64,000 bases of DNA from Camelus ferus (lineage: Eukaryota), in the NCBI RefSeq assembly GCF_009834535.1, contig NC_045698.1:1180001-1244000 (forward strand). The letters run 5' to 3'. Below are positions 23,480-35,122 of this stretch, one piece after another (within the stretch, counting starts at the first letter, position 1; every line of letters starts with the position of its first letter). Made by a program: the position numbers and the translations under genes. Under the pieces are notes generated by a model. The model ran no database searches and was not told the DNA's origin. It saw only the letters and a program-made list of their open reading frames with translations.

Positions 23480-25979
23480 GATGCGAAGGTGATGAGAAAA
23501 ATGTGCAGGTGCACCCAGTCCTGCCTGGCGTTAGCGCCAGCGGTGTGGATGTGCCTCTGCGTAATAACTTCCTGCCCAGAATCCCGTCCCAGCACCCTGC
23601 AAGCTACCCTCCTGCCTTCGAGAATCTCACCTCTTGGCTCCAGGACGCCTGGACCACCTGCCATCACGTTTGTCCTCGAGAACCCGGTGGGTGGATGGAA
23701 GGGATGGGAGCCCGGCCTGGGTCACTGGGTTCTCATTCAGTGAAGCGAGGCAACCACGTTTTAATTTCGCTTACTTACAGCCTTTCTGGGTGACTTGGTG
23801 AGACAATAAAAATCCATACAAAAGCAGCCACTTTCTCTGCTACCTGGAGAAAGTGTGTTGGTCCTGGGACGGCAGGAGACTGACAGGCAGAGAAAAGAGG
23901 GGACGACTGAGCTGGAGGAGGGAGGCGGCAGGCCAGCGGGTGCAGCCAGAAAGTGGGGGCGAGTGCCAGACCCCCACCCGCCATGGGCTGTCGGAGAGCA
24001 AGCCTGACCCGAGCTTCCAGGCCCAAGGGGCTGGGCTGGGGCTCTGTCTCTAGTAACTCAGAGGGCTGTGCAGGCCCTCAGCTTGCTGCTGGCCCCGGGG
24101 GAGGGCCCTGGAACCCGGCCAGCTGTGCCCCCGCATCAGACGTGCCAGGACGAGAGGCCGCACCGTCCTGCGTCCTGCGGCTCTGGCTGCGGCCGGCGGC
24201 GGGGCGGGCTCTGCTGCTCCTGCTGGGCGGCTGCTCTCCCGGGTACCCTCCCCAGGGCCGGCGGGGCCGCGGGGCTGCCCAGTGCACCGCGCAGTTCACG
24301 CCTCGCGCCTCCATGCACCCGAAGGCCCCCTGCTCTCCCACCTCTAGTAGACCTTTCCTTTTTTGGAAAGAAAGCAGACCTGCCTGGTCCGCCACTTCCC
24401 ACAGGCTGCTGGCTCCCGGCTCGCACACTGACTCGTGGGCCAGCACCCTTATCTCATGCCTTCAGCACCCTCAGCCCCCACCTGCAAGTCCTCAGGCCCA
24501 CCTGGACCCCTCGAGGGTGGGGGAGCCACACTTAAAGGCAGAGGTGCCGAAATTGGCCAAGGAACAGAAACATTCCTAGCTGATGAGAAGCAACTTGTGT
24601 GCATTTCTAAAGCAAACCGAAAACGTACCCCTGAAGCGCTTCCAGACCTGTGAGTGCAAAGAAAAAGCAGCCAGCCCCGCGGCCCCCGTTTACAGGGGAG
24701 CCTGCAGCGCCTCTGTCCCTGTCTGGGCCGCCACCCACTTACGGGGAGGGACCGAAACACCCTGGGACTTGCAGACTCCACAGAAAACTTCCCTGGACTG
24801 AGAAACCTGGGCTCTTACTTCTAATAAGGCGACGGAAGTTTAGCATCTCACAGGCCGTAGCTCACGGCGGCGGTGGTGTTAACACTTCACGCAGCGATCT
24901 GCTCTTTCCAGCCGTTTGTGGGGGAGGCCGCCGAGCACAGCGATCTCGGGATGTGCGGCGGCAGAGGGGTCTTACCGTATACAACGATCTCGTTTCCTAA
25001 AGCGGGAAGACTTACGCAGGGCGGCGTTTACTCTGTGAATGCTGAAAAACAAAACGGTGAAGTGGCTATTTTAAGGCCACTGTGCAGAGAAACTGTTTAA
25101 ATACCTGTGAAAATAAAAATAGATCACGCCGGCGATCTCCATAAGGCCGCCTGCAAGCGCACAGAAGCACAGCGGGGCTGGCCTGGCGGCTGCAGCTGCA
25201 CGGTCTTGACTTTCTTTTTCTCCCACGTAATTATGCTGCAACATGAACATACATACACTACTTTTGGTTGCGATCACCCACCTCAGAGGAAGCAAATACA
25301 ACACCTTTCGAAGTTTAATTTTCTACTTTCAAAACACGATCTTTACCAAAGATAGCCAGCACCACTGACTCCTGAAACTTCAGGAAAGGTGTTAACAGAA
25401 GAGACGTCAACCTTCTCGTTGCAAAGGATGTATATTTCAAACACAGCATCTTGGAATTAGCTCAACCCTGAAGCAATTCCAATACCTTTTCATAAAAAAT
25501 AAGTGTTTCAGGAAACAGCTCTAAGTTAAACCTTGCGTTTCTGCATGTCCCTCTCGGGGCGCCCGGAGCGGACGCCCACAGACCCGCCACCGTGGCCGCA
25601 GGAGACCAGCGATACAGCCGCCCCGCGGGCTGGGTCTGTGCTGAGAGCTCCTGATGCTGGAGTCCAGACTGGATGAAAGATGAAGGACGCTGGAGGGAGA
25701 GTGAGCGAGAGCGGGGGTACCAGCCTGGGGGCCTGAGGCCAAGTGCGAGAATCGTGTGCAAAGGGGTCTTAAAGAGGGAGGGGCTTCTGATTTTGTTTTT
25801 CAGTCCCTTTTGACTCGCAGGTTGGTTTTGTTCATTTTCTGTTGGGAATTTAAATTCTAGGAAAACTGTGGGGTTCTCTGTCCAGACCTGCGTCAGGTCG
25901 GCCGCGGCTTGTGGCATGTCTGCCTCTGCGCCCAGGCGGGAGGAGAGCCCGGCCCACTGGGCAGCATGGCTCCTCCCAG

Positions 25980-26720
25980 ACACCAGGCCGAGGACGGCTT
26001 TTTATAGCCAGGCTGCCTCCTCCGGGCCTTATCAGGGTGACGAAAATAACCTCTGAAAGCCCAGGGCCGGACCAGGGGGCTGTGGTGGTGGTGGTGTTAA
26101 CATGTCCCTGGAAAACGAACAGTCTCTTAATGAAAGGTGCAGCAAGGCTCCCCTGACGGCCGCGGCGCCCGCAGCGCCTGGCCAGCCACGTTCGCAGAGG
26201 GGACGCTCCGGAGCTGGGCCATGGGCTTCCTGGTCCTTCTCCCCCTCCTTCCTTCCTGGCACCGGTCAGCATGCAGGTCAGTCTTTAATTGCTAGAAGCA
26301 AGTTGGCCATGATCTCAGCTCTCACTGAACCCACGCTGCATCATAAAGTGTAATGCATTTCAGTGTGAAAATGGCAGTTCAGCTCTTAATAGTCCTTTCC
26401 TGGCGTTCAAAACCATTTCTTCTCTTTTAAATGTGTCCGTTCTCAATGAACAGAACATTGAGGGGGATTAAATTTGGTGAACTTGAGGTTTTATTGTTTT
26501 GCTTTGTTTTTGTTTTCTTTGAGCATTGGTTAATTCAACTTCCGAATACTGAGAAGATTGTTACGTATGTAACCCAATGTATAAAATTATGCTAAGCTGA
26601 CTGGCAAATACAAAAAAGGCTTCGTGGTTTTTCCTGAAGGCCATTTGACTATGTGAAAAATATTCAAGTATTTAACACGACGGGCGGAGGTCAGTAAGGT
26701 GCCTGGTTAGGGAGTCTTCC
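25980..26720. promoter_or_regulatory. Candidate conserved non-coding element(s)
   Basis: Unique AT-rich blocks with posterior-HOX-like TTTTATAG/CATAAA, GATA (CTTATC), TAAT cores and AGGTCA half-sites. Inference only. Confidence 0.25.
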
Positions 26721-27209
26721 TCCCTCATCCGAATAATAAACATTTCACAATGTCTGAGTTGTGGCTTTTCTCCAGGTCACACCTTAACTCACTCTGGGGT
26801 GTCAGTTGCTCTGGGGGTGGGGGTGGTCTGGGAATCCTGGGCAGGGGTGCACGGCTCCCTGGAGGGTGACCCTGTGGCCCCCGCTTTAGCGCTGGGCACC
26901 GCGGCTCTGGCATTTTTTGGTATTTATACAACATTTAAATATATGCAAAACACTGTCAACAAATGGTTAAAGGGGTCATCTCAGGATGGTGGGACTGTTT
27001 TAGCTCTCTCTTCCACTTCCATGCATTGTTCAAGTTATTCCAAAGAGTGTGTGCAAATTATATAAACCAGAACAGCAGTGAAGCTGTTTTCACAGTGAGA
27101 CCAAAAAAACCCAAAAAACTCCCCCCAAAAAAACCCCCAAACCCTAAACCGAAACAAACACACAAACGAGAACTTTCCAAGCGTCGTCATGAACCGACCT
27201 GATGATTTC

Positions 27210-28040
27210 CTCAGAACGAAGCCGAGGCCCGCCCTGCCCGAGGGCTCGCGGGCTGTTAACCTCGCGGGGGGACCCAGGAGGTGGCTCCCCTTCCTCTGTT
27301 CCAGGGCTCCTTGCTCCTGCCGGGAGCAGGGCCTCGGGCTCTGAGACGTGTGATGCGCCTCCACGCCCCCTTCTGGCCTGGGTCCCTCGGCAGGCTTGGC
27401 TGCTGTCTGCCCCTTCAGCCGTGCTGTCCCCCCGCAGGTCAGGACACCGGGCTGAGAGGGTTCAAGCCCCTGCCCAGCGTCGCCCCAGGAGATGGAGGGA
27501 AGCTGGAGTGACAGCTGTGAGCCTTCTCGGTCTCGGCTCTGGGGGCACCCGGCAGGGTGGGAGGGCTTCTCCGGGGAGGCAGGGGAGCGGCTGCAGGTCT
27601 CTGAGCTGGTGCCACGCGGCTCACCCCTCCAGCGAGCTGGGCCCCACTGCGGTCTGGTGTGGCCAGCACCAGGCCAGCACGTGCCTTGTTCTGTGAGGAC
27701 GGGCCCACAGAGATCCTCCAGGGCTATGGAAGCGGGGCTGCATCCCAGGGGAGGGGCCACATGGGGCCCCAGAGGGCCGCCCGCCCAGCAGGAGCTCCCT
27801 GCAGGTGGTCTGCGAGGATGGAGCCCTGATGCCCCCACGAACCGGAAGCAGCTGCCCAGACAGGACCCGGAGATCAGACAAGGGGTGAAAAGCCAATTAC
27901 TGGGCTTGAAACTCTTTGCGGGGAAAATCAGGTTGAACAATAAAAACAGAGGAAAAGATACACCGAAAAATCCCACCCGTCCACAGAAAGAAAGGAAAAG
28001 GACACGGAAACAAGGAGAGGAAACGAAGATTTGCCTCTGC
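27210..28040 (+). mobile_element. Possible heavily GC-converted L1 ORF2 segment
   Basis: Faint colinear matches by eye, e.g. 'gaaactctttgcggggaaaatcagg' ~ aaaactcttagaagaaaacatagg and 'gacccaggaggtgg...ttcctctgttccaggg' ~ gacctaaataaatgg...atcccatgttcatgg. Needs a real alignment. Confidence 0.35.
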
Positions 28041-28044
28041 TGAG

Positions 28045-31030
28045 CTGCTTGTGTTTCTGATTATTTTATTACTGTGACGCAATCTTGAAAGGAATTGTTT
28101 CTTTATTTTTGGTGGGTTCAAGGCAAGCACGTAGAAGCCCCTGTCTCCCACGTGGAGCTGGTGGCCTGCTCCCGCGCTGTCTCCCTTACTTGGTCCAGCA
28201 GAGGTTTTTGTGAACTCCTTAGAGTTTCCCGCACATGGCGTTTTGCCACGTGGGCACAAAGGCAGCTGCTTCTTTTTCCTTCCCCAGAGGGACGGCTTCT
28301 TTCCTTTTTCTTGCCTGATTGCACTGGCTAGACTCTCCGGTACAACACTGAACAGAAATCATGAGAAGGGACACCCTTGTTTTGTTTCTGGTTTTAGGGA
28401 GAAAAGCTTTCAGTCTCTTACTATTCAATTTAAGTTAGTGAGTGTTGAGATTTTTGTAGCTGTCCTTTATTAGGAAGTTTCTGTCTGTTTCTAGTATTGA
28501 GTATTTTTAGTTATAAACAGTTGCTGGATTTTCTGAAATCCGCTTCCTGCAGCTGTTCAGATGATCACATATTCCCCCACTTTGTGCTAGCAATGGACTT
28601 GATTGAGTTCGTTCATCTTGGTTATAAAACCACTCTGTGTTCCTGGGTCAATTCTCCTTGCTCGTGGTGAGCGACACTTCCTTTTACGCCGCTGACTTCG
28701 GTCCGCTGACACTTTGTTGAGAACCTCGTCTGTGTTCATGAGAGATGTTGGTCTGAATCTAAGGTGGGTGTTTTATGCAGGACATAACTTTGGATCTTGT
28801 TTTTCTTGTTCTTATTTTGTTTTGAATCAGTAAAACAATCTCTGGCTTACGATTGGAATGTTTAACCCATTTACATTTATTGGATTTATTAATATAGTTG
28901 GACTTATTTCTGCCATCCTGCTGTTTGTTTTCTTCATATCCATGTCCTTTTTGGTCCCCTGTTCTTTCTTAATTACTTCTTTGTGTATTAAAAAGCCGTT
29001 TTCTAATGCTCCATCTTCACTCCTTTTTAATGCTATTTTCCTAGAGAAACACTGCTCTGGGGACTGCAGTATAGGTCTTTACTCGTCACAGAGCACTTCA
29101 TGCTAATACTAACTTAATTTTGGCAAAATATAGACACTTTTTACCCCAAGTGAAGTAGCTTCATCCCCTTCCTCCGTTGTGCTATTATCGTCCGATACTT
29201 CATTTCTGCACAGTCTATAATCCCAACAGTGTGGCTTTCTAATTATTGTCTCTAGTTATTATATTTCAAATAACCTCAGGGAACATTAGAAAATTATATT
29301 TGTACTGTCCTTAGATCTGCTTACATGAGTGCTTTAATGGTCTGCTTTATTCCTTCATGTGCATTCAAGTTTCCCTCTGGTGTCGTTTCCTTACAGTCTG
29401 AACAATTTCCTTTAGAATTTCTTCTAAGACAGGTTTGCTGGCAGCAAATTCTCTCAGTGTTTCTTTACCTGGGAAAATTTTTTTTTCCTTTTGACTCTTT
29501 GAAGAATATTTTTGCTGACCGTGGAATGTGTGGCTATCTTCCCCTCTCGGCGCCTCCCGTGTGCTGCCCCCGTGGCTTCCTGTGTGCCGCCCTCCTCGTG
29601 GGAAGCCAGGTGCCCGTCTCATCGCAGCTGTCTTGCACTTGCCGCGTTGTTCCCTCCTGCACCTGTTAGGCTTCTCTCTTTTCTCCTCGTTTCCAGCAGC
29701 ATTACTGTGCTGTGTCCCAGGGCGGCGCTCTTCGTGCTCGTCTTACTTACAGTCTGTTGAACATCATGGGGGCACAGGGTCTTCACCAGACTGGGCAAGT
29801 TTTCTGCTATTGTCTCTTCAGGCATTTTTCTGCCATTTTCCACCCTTTCTGAGGGTCCCATTTAGTATATACTAGTCTATTTGGCAAAATCCCACAGGCT
29901 CCTGTTACTTTTCCTCGTTCTTCTTCTGTTTTGCTCTTCAGATTGAGTGTTTTTTCTTGACCTGCTTTCAAGTCCTGACCTGCCAGTCCGAACACTGTTG
30001 AGTGGATCTTGTCCCTTGGTTACTGGGCTTTTCGACTCCAGAGCCTTCATTGGATTCTTTTAAATGGTCCCTGTCTCTTTACCGACATTCTCTAGCTGAT
30101 GAGTCACTCCCACTATGTTTTCATTTAATTCTTGAAATACTATCTCCTCAGTTCTTGACCACATTCCTTACGGCTGTTTTAAGGTCCTTGTCTGTGAGTT
30201 TCAACACCTGGTCCTCTCGGCGCGGGTTCCTGTGGACACTTCTCCCCCCATGTGTGAATCACATGTTCCAGTTTCGTCGCGTCTCCAAACGTCTGTCACG
30301 ACTTGCTGTTTTAGGTGACGCATCGTAGCACCTCGGGGTCACGACCCCCCTCCCTGGAGGTGGTTGCTGCTGCTGGTTCTGTCTGTTGGCTGGTGGCCTG
30401 TCTGGACTAATTCTGCAGATTCTGTTCCCCCTGAAGTGGGTGGCCACTGACATCCCTGCTCAGTTTTTTTTAAACCCTTATTTTTATATTTCAGCCTGGT
30501 TTTGCAGGGAACACAGCTTAGCAGTCAGACGGGGCCTGGTCAGACCCAGAGGCTGTGCTGAAACACCTATTAGAGCTAGAAGAGCCCCCGTTGCTTGCTA
30601 ACGGACCCGTCTGTGGGCTGGGAAAGGGTGAGGAACTGCGTTTATAGAACTTGCCGCACTGTCCGCCTTCTGGAGTTTTTGTTGTGTTTTGTTTTCCCAC
30701 AGAAGTTACTTTCTATTGAACACCAGACACCACTCCAAATTCAGGCAGCCTCTCTGGCAGCCACGGGGCTCGTGTCCACTGTCCCCCCTGCACGGGAGAA
30801 AGTGGACCGCCTCGCTGTGGAGTGGTGGGTGTGGGGTTGGGGACGTCCCGGTAAACACTCGGGACGTCCCGGTAAACACTCGGCACCTCAATGCTCTCAC
30901 CTGGGCTTCTTTTCCTTGAATACGTGCCTCTCTATTTTCGGTGGCCTTTTGTTTGATCCTAAGTGTCCTAGAGTAACGTTTCTGACGACGCGGTCCAGTT
31001 TTGTCACTGCTTTTTGGAGAGATTTGTCTA
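28045..31030 (-). mobile_element. Old LINE-1 (RT part, internal deletion, ORF1 and 5' region), antisense
   Basis: Minus ORFs: NSKRLKAF.PKTRNKTR ~ NGEKLKAFPL.SGTRQG (28219..28428); EETIAENLPSL...GHSTVMLLETRRKERSL ~ ORF1 EEIIAENFPNL...RHIIVKLLKTKDKEKIL (29619..29861); LREFAASKPVLEEILK (29365..29622). T-rich + strand. Right boundary uncertain. Confidence 0.88.
30840..30883. repeat. Perfect 21-bp tandem duplication (gggacgtcccggtaaacactc x2)
   Basis: Read directly. Confidence 0.97.
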
Positions 31031-31556
31031 GCGTCTCACCCCACCATCCAGGTTAAAATTCAAGATTAAAAATATGTGCTCATGTTTCTTGGGTGACGTT
31101 GCCACCGCAGCAGGGAGCTGGCAGAAATGCCGGTGCGTTATTGTTTGTCCTGAGTCATCTCAGGACTTTCCGATGTATTTCTCTAGGGAGTCCAATTTTA
31201 TACAAGACTTTTTCTGGAAATGTGATGTGTTTCAAAGAACAAGACATAGAACGGGCACAGTTCAGAGATCCTCAGGCGCCGTGCTATTTCATGGAGAGCG
31301 CGGTCTTATTAGGAGTGTTGCCCTGGAAACAAGACGTCAAGACGTGTGCTAAGGATCCTGTGGCACTATCTCAAAGCAGGGTGACCTCCATGTCGCCAGG
31401 ACTGTCTCTGCCTAGAAGCTCTGCTACGTGGCCTGCGGCCGCGGCGTGCGCCCTCGGGCGCTGCACTCCCGCCGTTCGTCCCCCGTGGGCTGGGTGCAGA
31501 ATTCACGGTTGCTTTCAAAGCTACCGACGGAGACGCTCTCCAGACCTACAGATGCG

Positions 31557-31586
31557 GGGTCGAGGGACTCGGGTCGAGGGACTCGG
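31557..31586. repeat. Perfect 14-bp tandem duplication (gggtcgagggactc x2)
   Basis: Read directly. Confidence 0.95.
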
Positions 31587-32356
31587 ATCAATTGCTCACC
31601 TCATCAGGCACATCGGAAGCCTTTAGTTTGCTCGGGAAGGCCATCCCACCTCAGATTCTTCTGCAGTCAGGCCTTGGCCCTTCGCCACTGACACACACGG
31701 AGCCCTAAGAAAAAGCCATTTTAAAACAGAAGATTCTGTAGAAGTATGGCTCATCTTATTGACTTTATGTCTGAATTCAAAAGCTGTGGAAAATCCACCT
31801 CTTTGTATAGTTATTTTTTTTAATATTTGGAGATAGAAAAACAAGCGTTCATGTTTTCATTTTCAACGTAATCCTTTTACTGTATCTTATGTTCTTATTT
31901 TGGAAGTAGCTCCTTGAAATAAAAAGTTCTGAAATTGTAAATGAACAAAGAAGCTTAAAGTCGTCCCTAAAGTCACCACCTGGAGGTAATGCCTGTTAGC
32001 AGGTCGATGCGCTTCCTTGGGGCTTTATGACGCTGTTCGCTTTGCTGTCGTTCAGTTTCAGCTTACGCTGGGCTCACAGCGTTGCTTTCCCTTTAAGAGT
32101 CTATTACGACCTTTTGCTGTTTGCAATGTTTTACTACAGTTTGCTCAGTTTCAGCAACACCTTTGTCCACAGTAATTTTCAGGCTCTCTAAACATTTTTT
32201 AGATTAGATACTTAAAATAGGGAATTTCTAGGTGAAAAACAGCAAACTAATCAAAGCCCTGCTAAGTGCTTCCCAGCGGCCTTCCGGGGACGCTGGCTGG
32301 TCTGCGCCCCTCACACGCCTGTCGGCTTGTGGCTGCATAGTTGGCCCTTTGGAAAT

Positions 32357-32592
32357 AAACTTTATTTTTTAGAATAGTTTAGATTTACAGGAAAACTGTG
32401 AAAATAGTTCAGGGAGCCCCCACAGTCCTGCACCCATCTCTCCTGCTATTAACATTTTCTACTGGAAAGCCGCGGCTGTTCCATTTCGTGAACCCATTTT
32501 GCCACATCGTTATTAACTGAAGCTCGCATCTTATTCGGGTTTCCTTAGTTTAAACCTAATGTTCCCTTTGCTGTTCTGGGACGCCATCCAGC
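32357..32592 (-). mobile_element. L1MC-type 3' end
   Basis: 'tttattttttagaatagtttagatttacaggaaaactgtgaaaatagt...tattaacat...ttattaactgaag...ttccttagtttaaacctaatgttccctttgctgttctggga'. Confidence 0.85.
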
Positions 32593-32593
32593 C

Positions 32594-32640
32594 CCTCAGT
32601 GCGTCCAGGGCCTCAGTGCGTCCAGCGCCTCAGTGCATCC
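32594..32640. repeat. 17-bp minisatellite, about 2.8 copies (cctcagtgcgtccagSg)
   Basis: Units at 32594, 32611 and 32628. Confidence 0.9.
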
Positions 32641-34610
32641 GGTCAGCACGTCTTGGCTCTGTGACATTTCATGAAGGATGGAGTAAAATCTTACCAAGGA
32701 GTGAAAAGCTCAAGGGAACTTTTGGTGGAAACCTCATAAATACGTCTTTAAGAAGTCACCGCCACGGTAAATAAGGTGTCTGGTGGAAGGTCTGTGCTCA
32801 GGCCCATCTCCGGCACATCTTGTGTGGCTGAACGGCCACCCCGCTGGCCTCTGCATCTGTGACCTGGTGGCCAGGCCTGTGGTGACTGGGATGCCCCGGT
32901 CTCATCTCACAGCCCCGAAGGGAGGTGACAGTGTGCAGTGGGCCCCGCGATGACCTGAAGCCCCAGTGCCAGGATGGAAGCCCCGTCCTGCGGGTGGCTG
33001 CTGGCCAGCCCTCGGGAGCCAGCCCACCCGGCGAGGCTCACTCCCCTGTCCTCGAAGAGGGTGGACACCGCGTTCTTTAAGCTCAAGTCCTGCGCTTCCA
33101 CGTCCGGTCTTCCACCTCCCCCTCGACCCGCACTCCTAGGCACTGGCCTTATCTGCTGACTTATTTTACAGAACTTTCCAGACGAGATCATGGCTGGGCG
33201 CGAGCATGATGATTTGAAGTTGCACTTTGAGCTGCTTCCCCACGCCCTGCCCGCGCTGTGAGGGTCACACCTACCTCCCTTGTCTTTGCGGTCTGATGCC
33301 CTTCACAACCAAAAGCAAAATGATGACACCACCGATTTCTAGAAATGGCTCTTCACAGATGTGCTCTGGGCTGTGCTTTGTCTTTGATGTCCATCGAGGT
33401 CACGGCAAAGTGATTTGTTCTAACACACCACCAGGCGCTGATACTAAGTGAACCAGTGAAGGTCTAACAGGGTTCTTACTGTTTGCGCAAAAAAAAGGAT
33501 TATACTGTCCCGTTAGCACACATCTTGGATTTTTATCTGTCATGACGAGTTTCTAAGAATGTTATTTAGAAAATGTGTAACAACATAAACTGATTCCTTA
33601 AGGATTCTAGAATCAGAGATTGAAATGTTAAAAAAAAAAAAAAGAAGAAATAGGAAATTTTTGTCTTATTTCCAAGACACAGCTTGTTTCCAAGAAGTCC
33701 TTTCCGTCTGAATCTCAGCAGACATTTCTGGCACGTGTCTTACCTCGGAGAAGACAAGAGAAAATGGAGCTGCACTTCTTACGGAGGCTGCGGGAGAGTT
33801 TCAGCCCCTCAGAAACGGCAGGAGGAATTCAGGCCCTTGCAGAGCAGAAGGGAGGTGTGACGTCCCCTTGCTCCCACTGTCGCTGTTTAACGGGCGTCTC
33901 TCCCGCAGTGGTTGGTCACACGTGCCGTCTGCTCACAGACACGTCGTTTCCTGGGACGCCTTTCTTCCGTCTCGTGTGTCATGAGCCCCACAACCCTCTG
34001 CACGGGAGTCATCCCTTTACTGGACCCCCCACCGCCGTTCGCTCACAAACTGACCTCTTGGTCCCAGGTTCTGGCGCGGTGCCTGGCACAGAGCGGGGCC
34101 TGTTGCTCTTTTGAGATTGTGAATCACAACGGTAGACGTTTCTGTGAACTGTCGTGGACCAGACACACGAGGCAAGCATGGCCTTTCCCTTCACAGAAGC
34201 CCCAGCTCTGCAGGTAAGGAGGCTGAGGCCCCATCACTGGTCAGGGCAGGACTGGACGTGAGTCCTCCACTGGGAGCGACGCTCGTGCTTGCCCCCCCCC
34301 CCCCACTGCAGGACCACCTGATCCAGACCTCTGGGTCACGAGGCCAAACGTCCCTCGGAGGCCCCTTTCCCTCAGGTGACGTCATTTGCATCCAGCTCAG
34401 GGTGACCCTCCAGCTTGCTGCCCTCCGTCCTGGGGTCCTCTGCCAGCCGAGCCATTTTGGACTGGCACCCTGTAATTCCTTCGCCTCCCTGTCCAGGAAC
34501 CTTGTCCCACTCCCCAAGTGCACCCACTCCTGTGTCCTGGACCCGCTCAGCATCCACAGGCCCTCCCCTCCCCAAGTGACACATCTGTGTGTTCACTCCT
34601 TGGTTTCCAT

Positions 34611-35122
34611 TGTCGACTGAAACACAATACACAATCTGAAAGTTGAGGGTTACGTTTTATTTGGTGGACTTTGTGAGGACTCGCGCCCGGGAGGCCTCTC
34701 AGATGCTCTAGGAGACTGTTCTGGAGAAGCAAGGGAGAAACTGGGACCTGCAGGAGTTTTTGCAGCAAAGACCAGGTAGCTGGAACATCAGAAGGTGACT
34801 GTGGATTAAAGAACAGCAGATACTTCAAGGCAAGGAATTCAGCGCTTTTCCGTATATGGGAAGATGCAGGCGTCTGGGCTCACTGAAGCCACCCCTCTGA
34901 CGTGCACCTGGGCCGCCCGGGGCCAGGGTCCTGTGCCTCCCCAGCCCGAGTCCCCTCGGGGCACCGCCCGGGGCGGCTGCAGAGGCCGGGCTGCCTGCTT
35001 GTCGGCATCCCGAGCTCCCCCTGCTCACCGTCGGGGGGGTGGGGGGCAGTGGCAGCGGCTGCTGACTTGAGGGACACGGCGGTCTTTGTTTCCCGACACG
35101 GCTGCTGTATTTCTCATTCACA
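34611..35122 (-). mobile_element. ERV1 solo LTR, artiodactyl MER41-like
   Basis: TG...CA termini (tgtcgactga ... tcattcaca). AATAAA on the minus strand (ttttatt at about 34655). Hallmarks 'gaccaggtagctggaacatcagaag' and 'atgggaagatgcaggcgtctgggctcactgaa'. Flanks ccat/ccaa fit a decayed 4-bp TSD. Confidence 0.85.

Noticed and set aside
30840..32640. Short direct repeats as a CRISPR-like array
   Set aside because: The repeats are adjacent with no spacers, unrelated to each other, and the DNA is mammalian.
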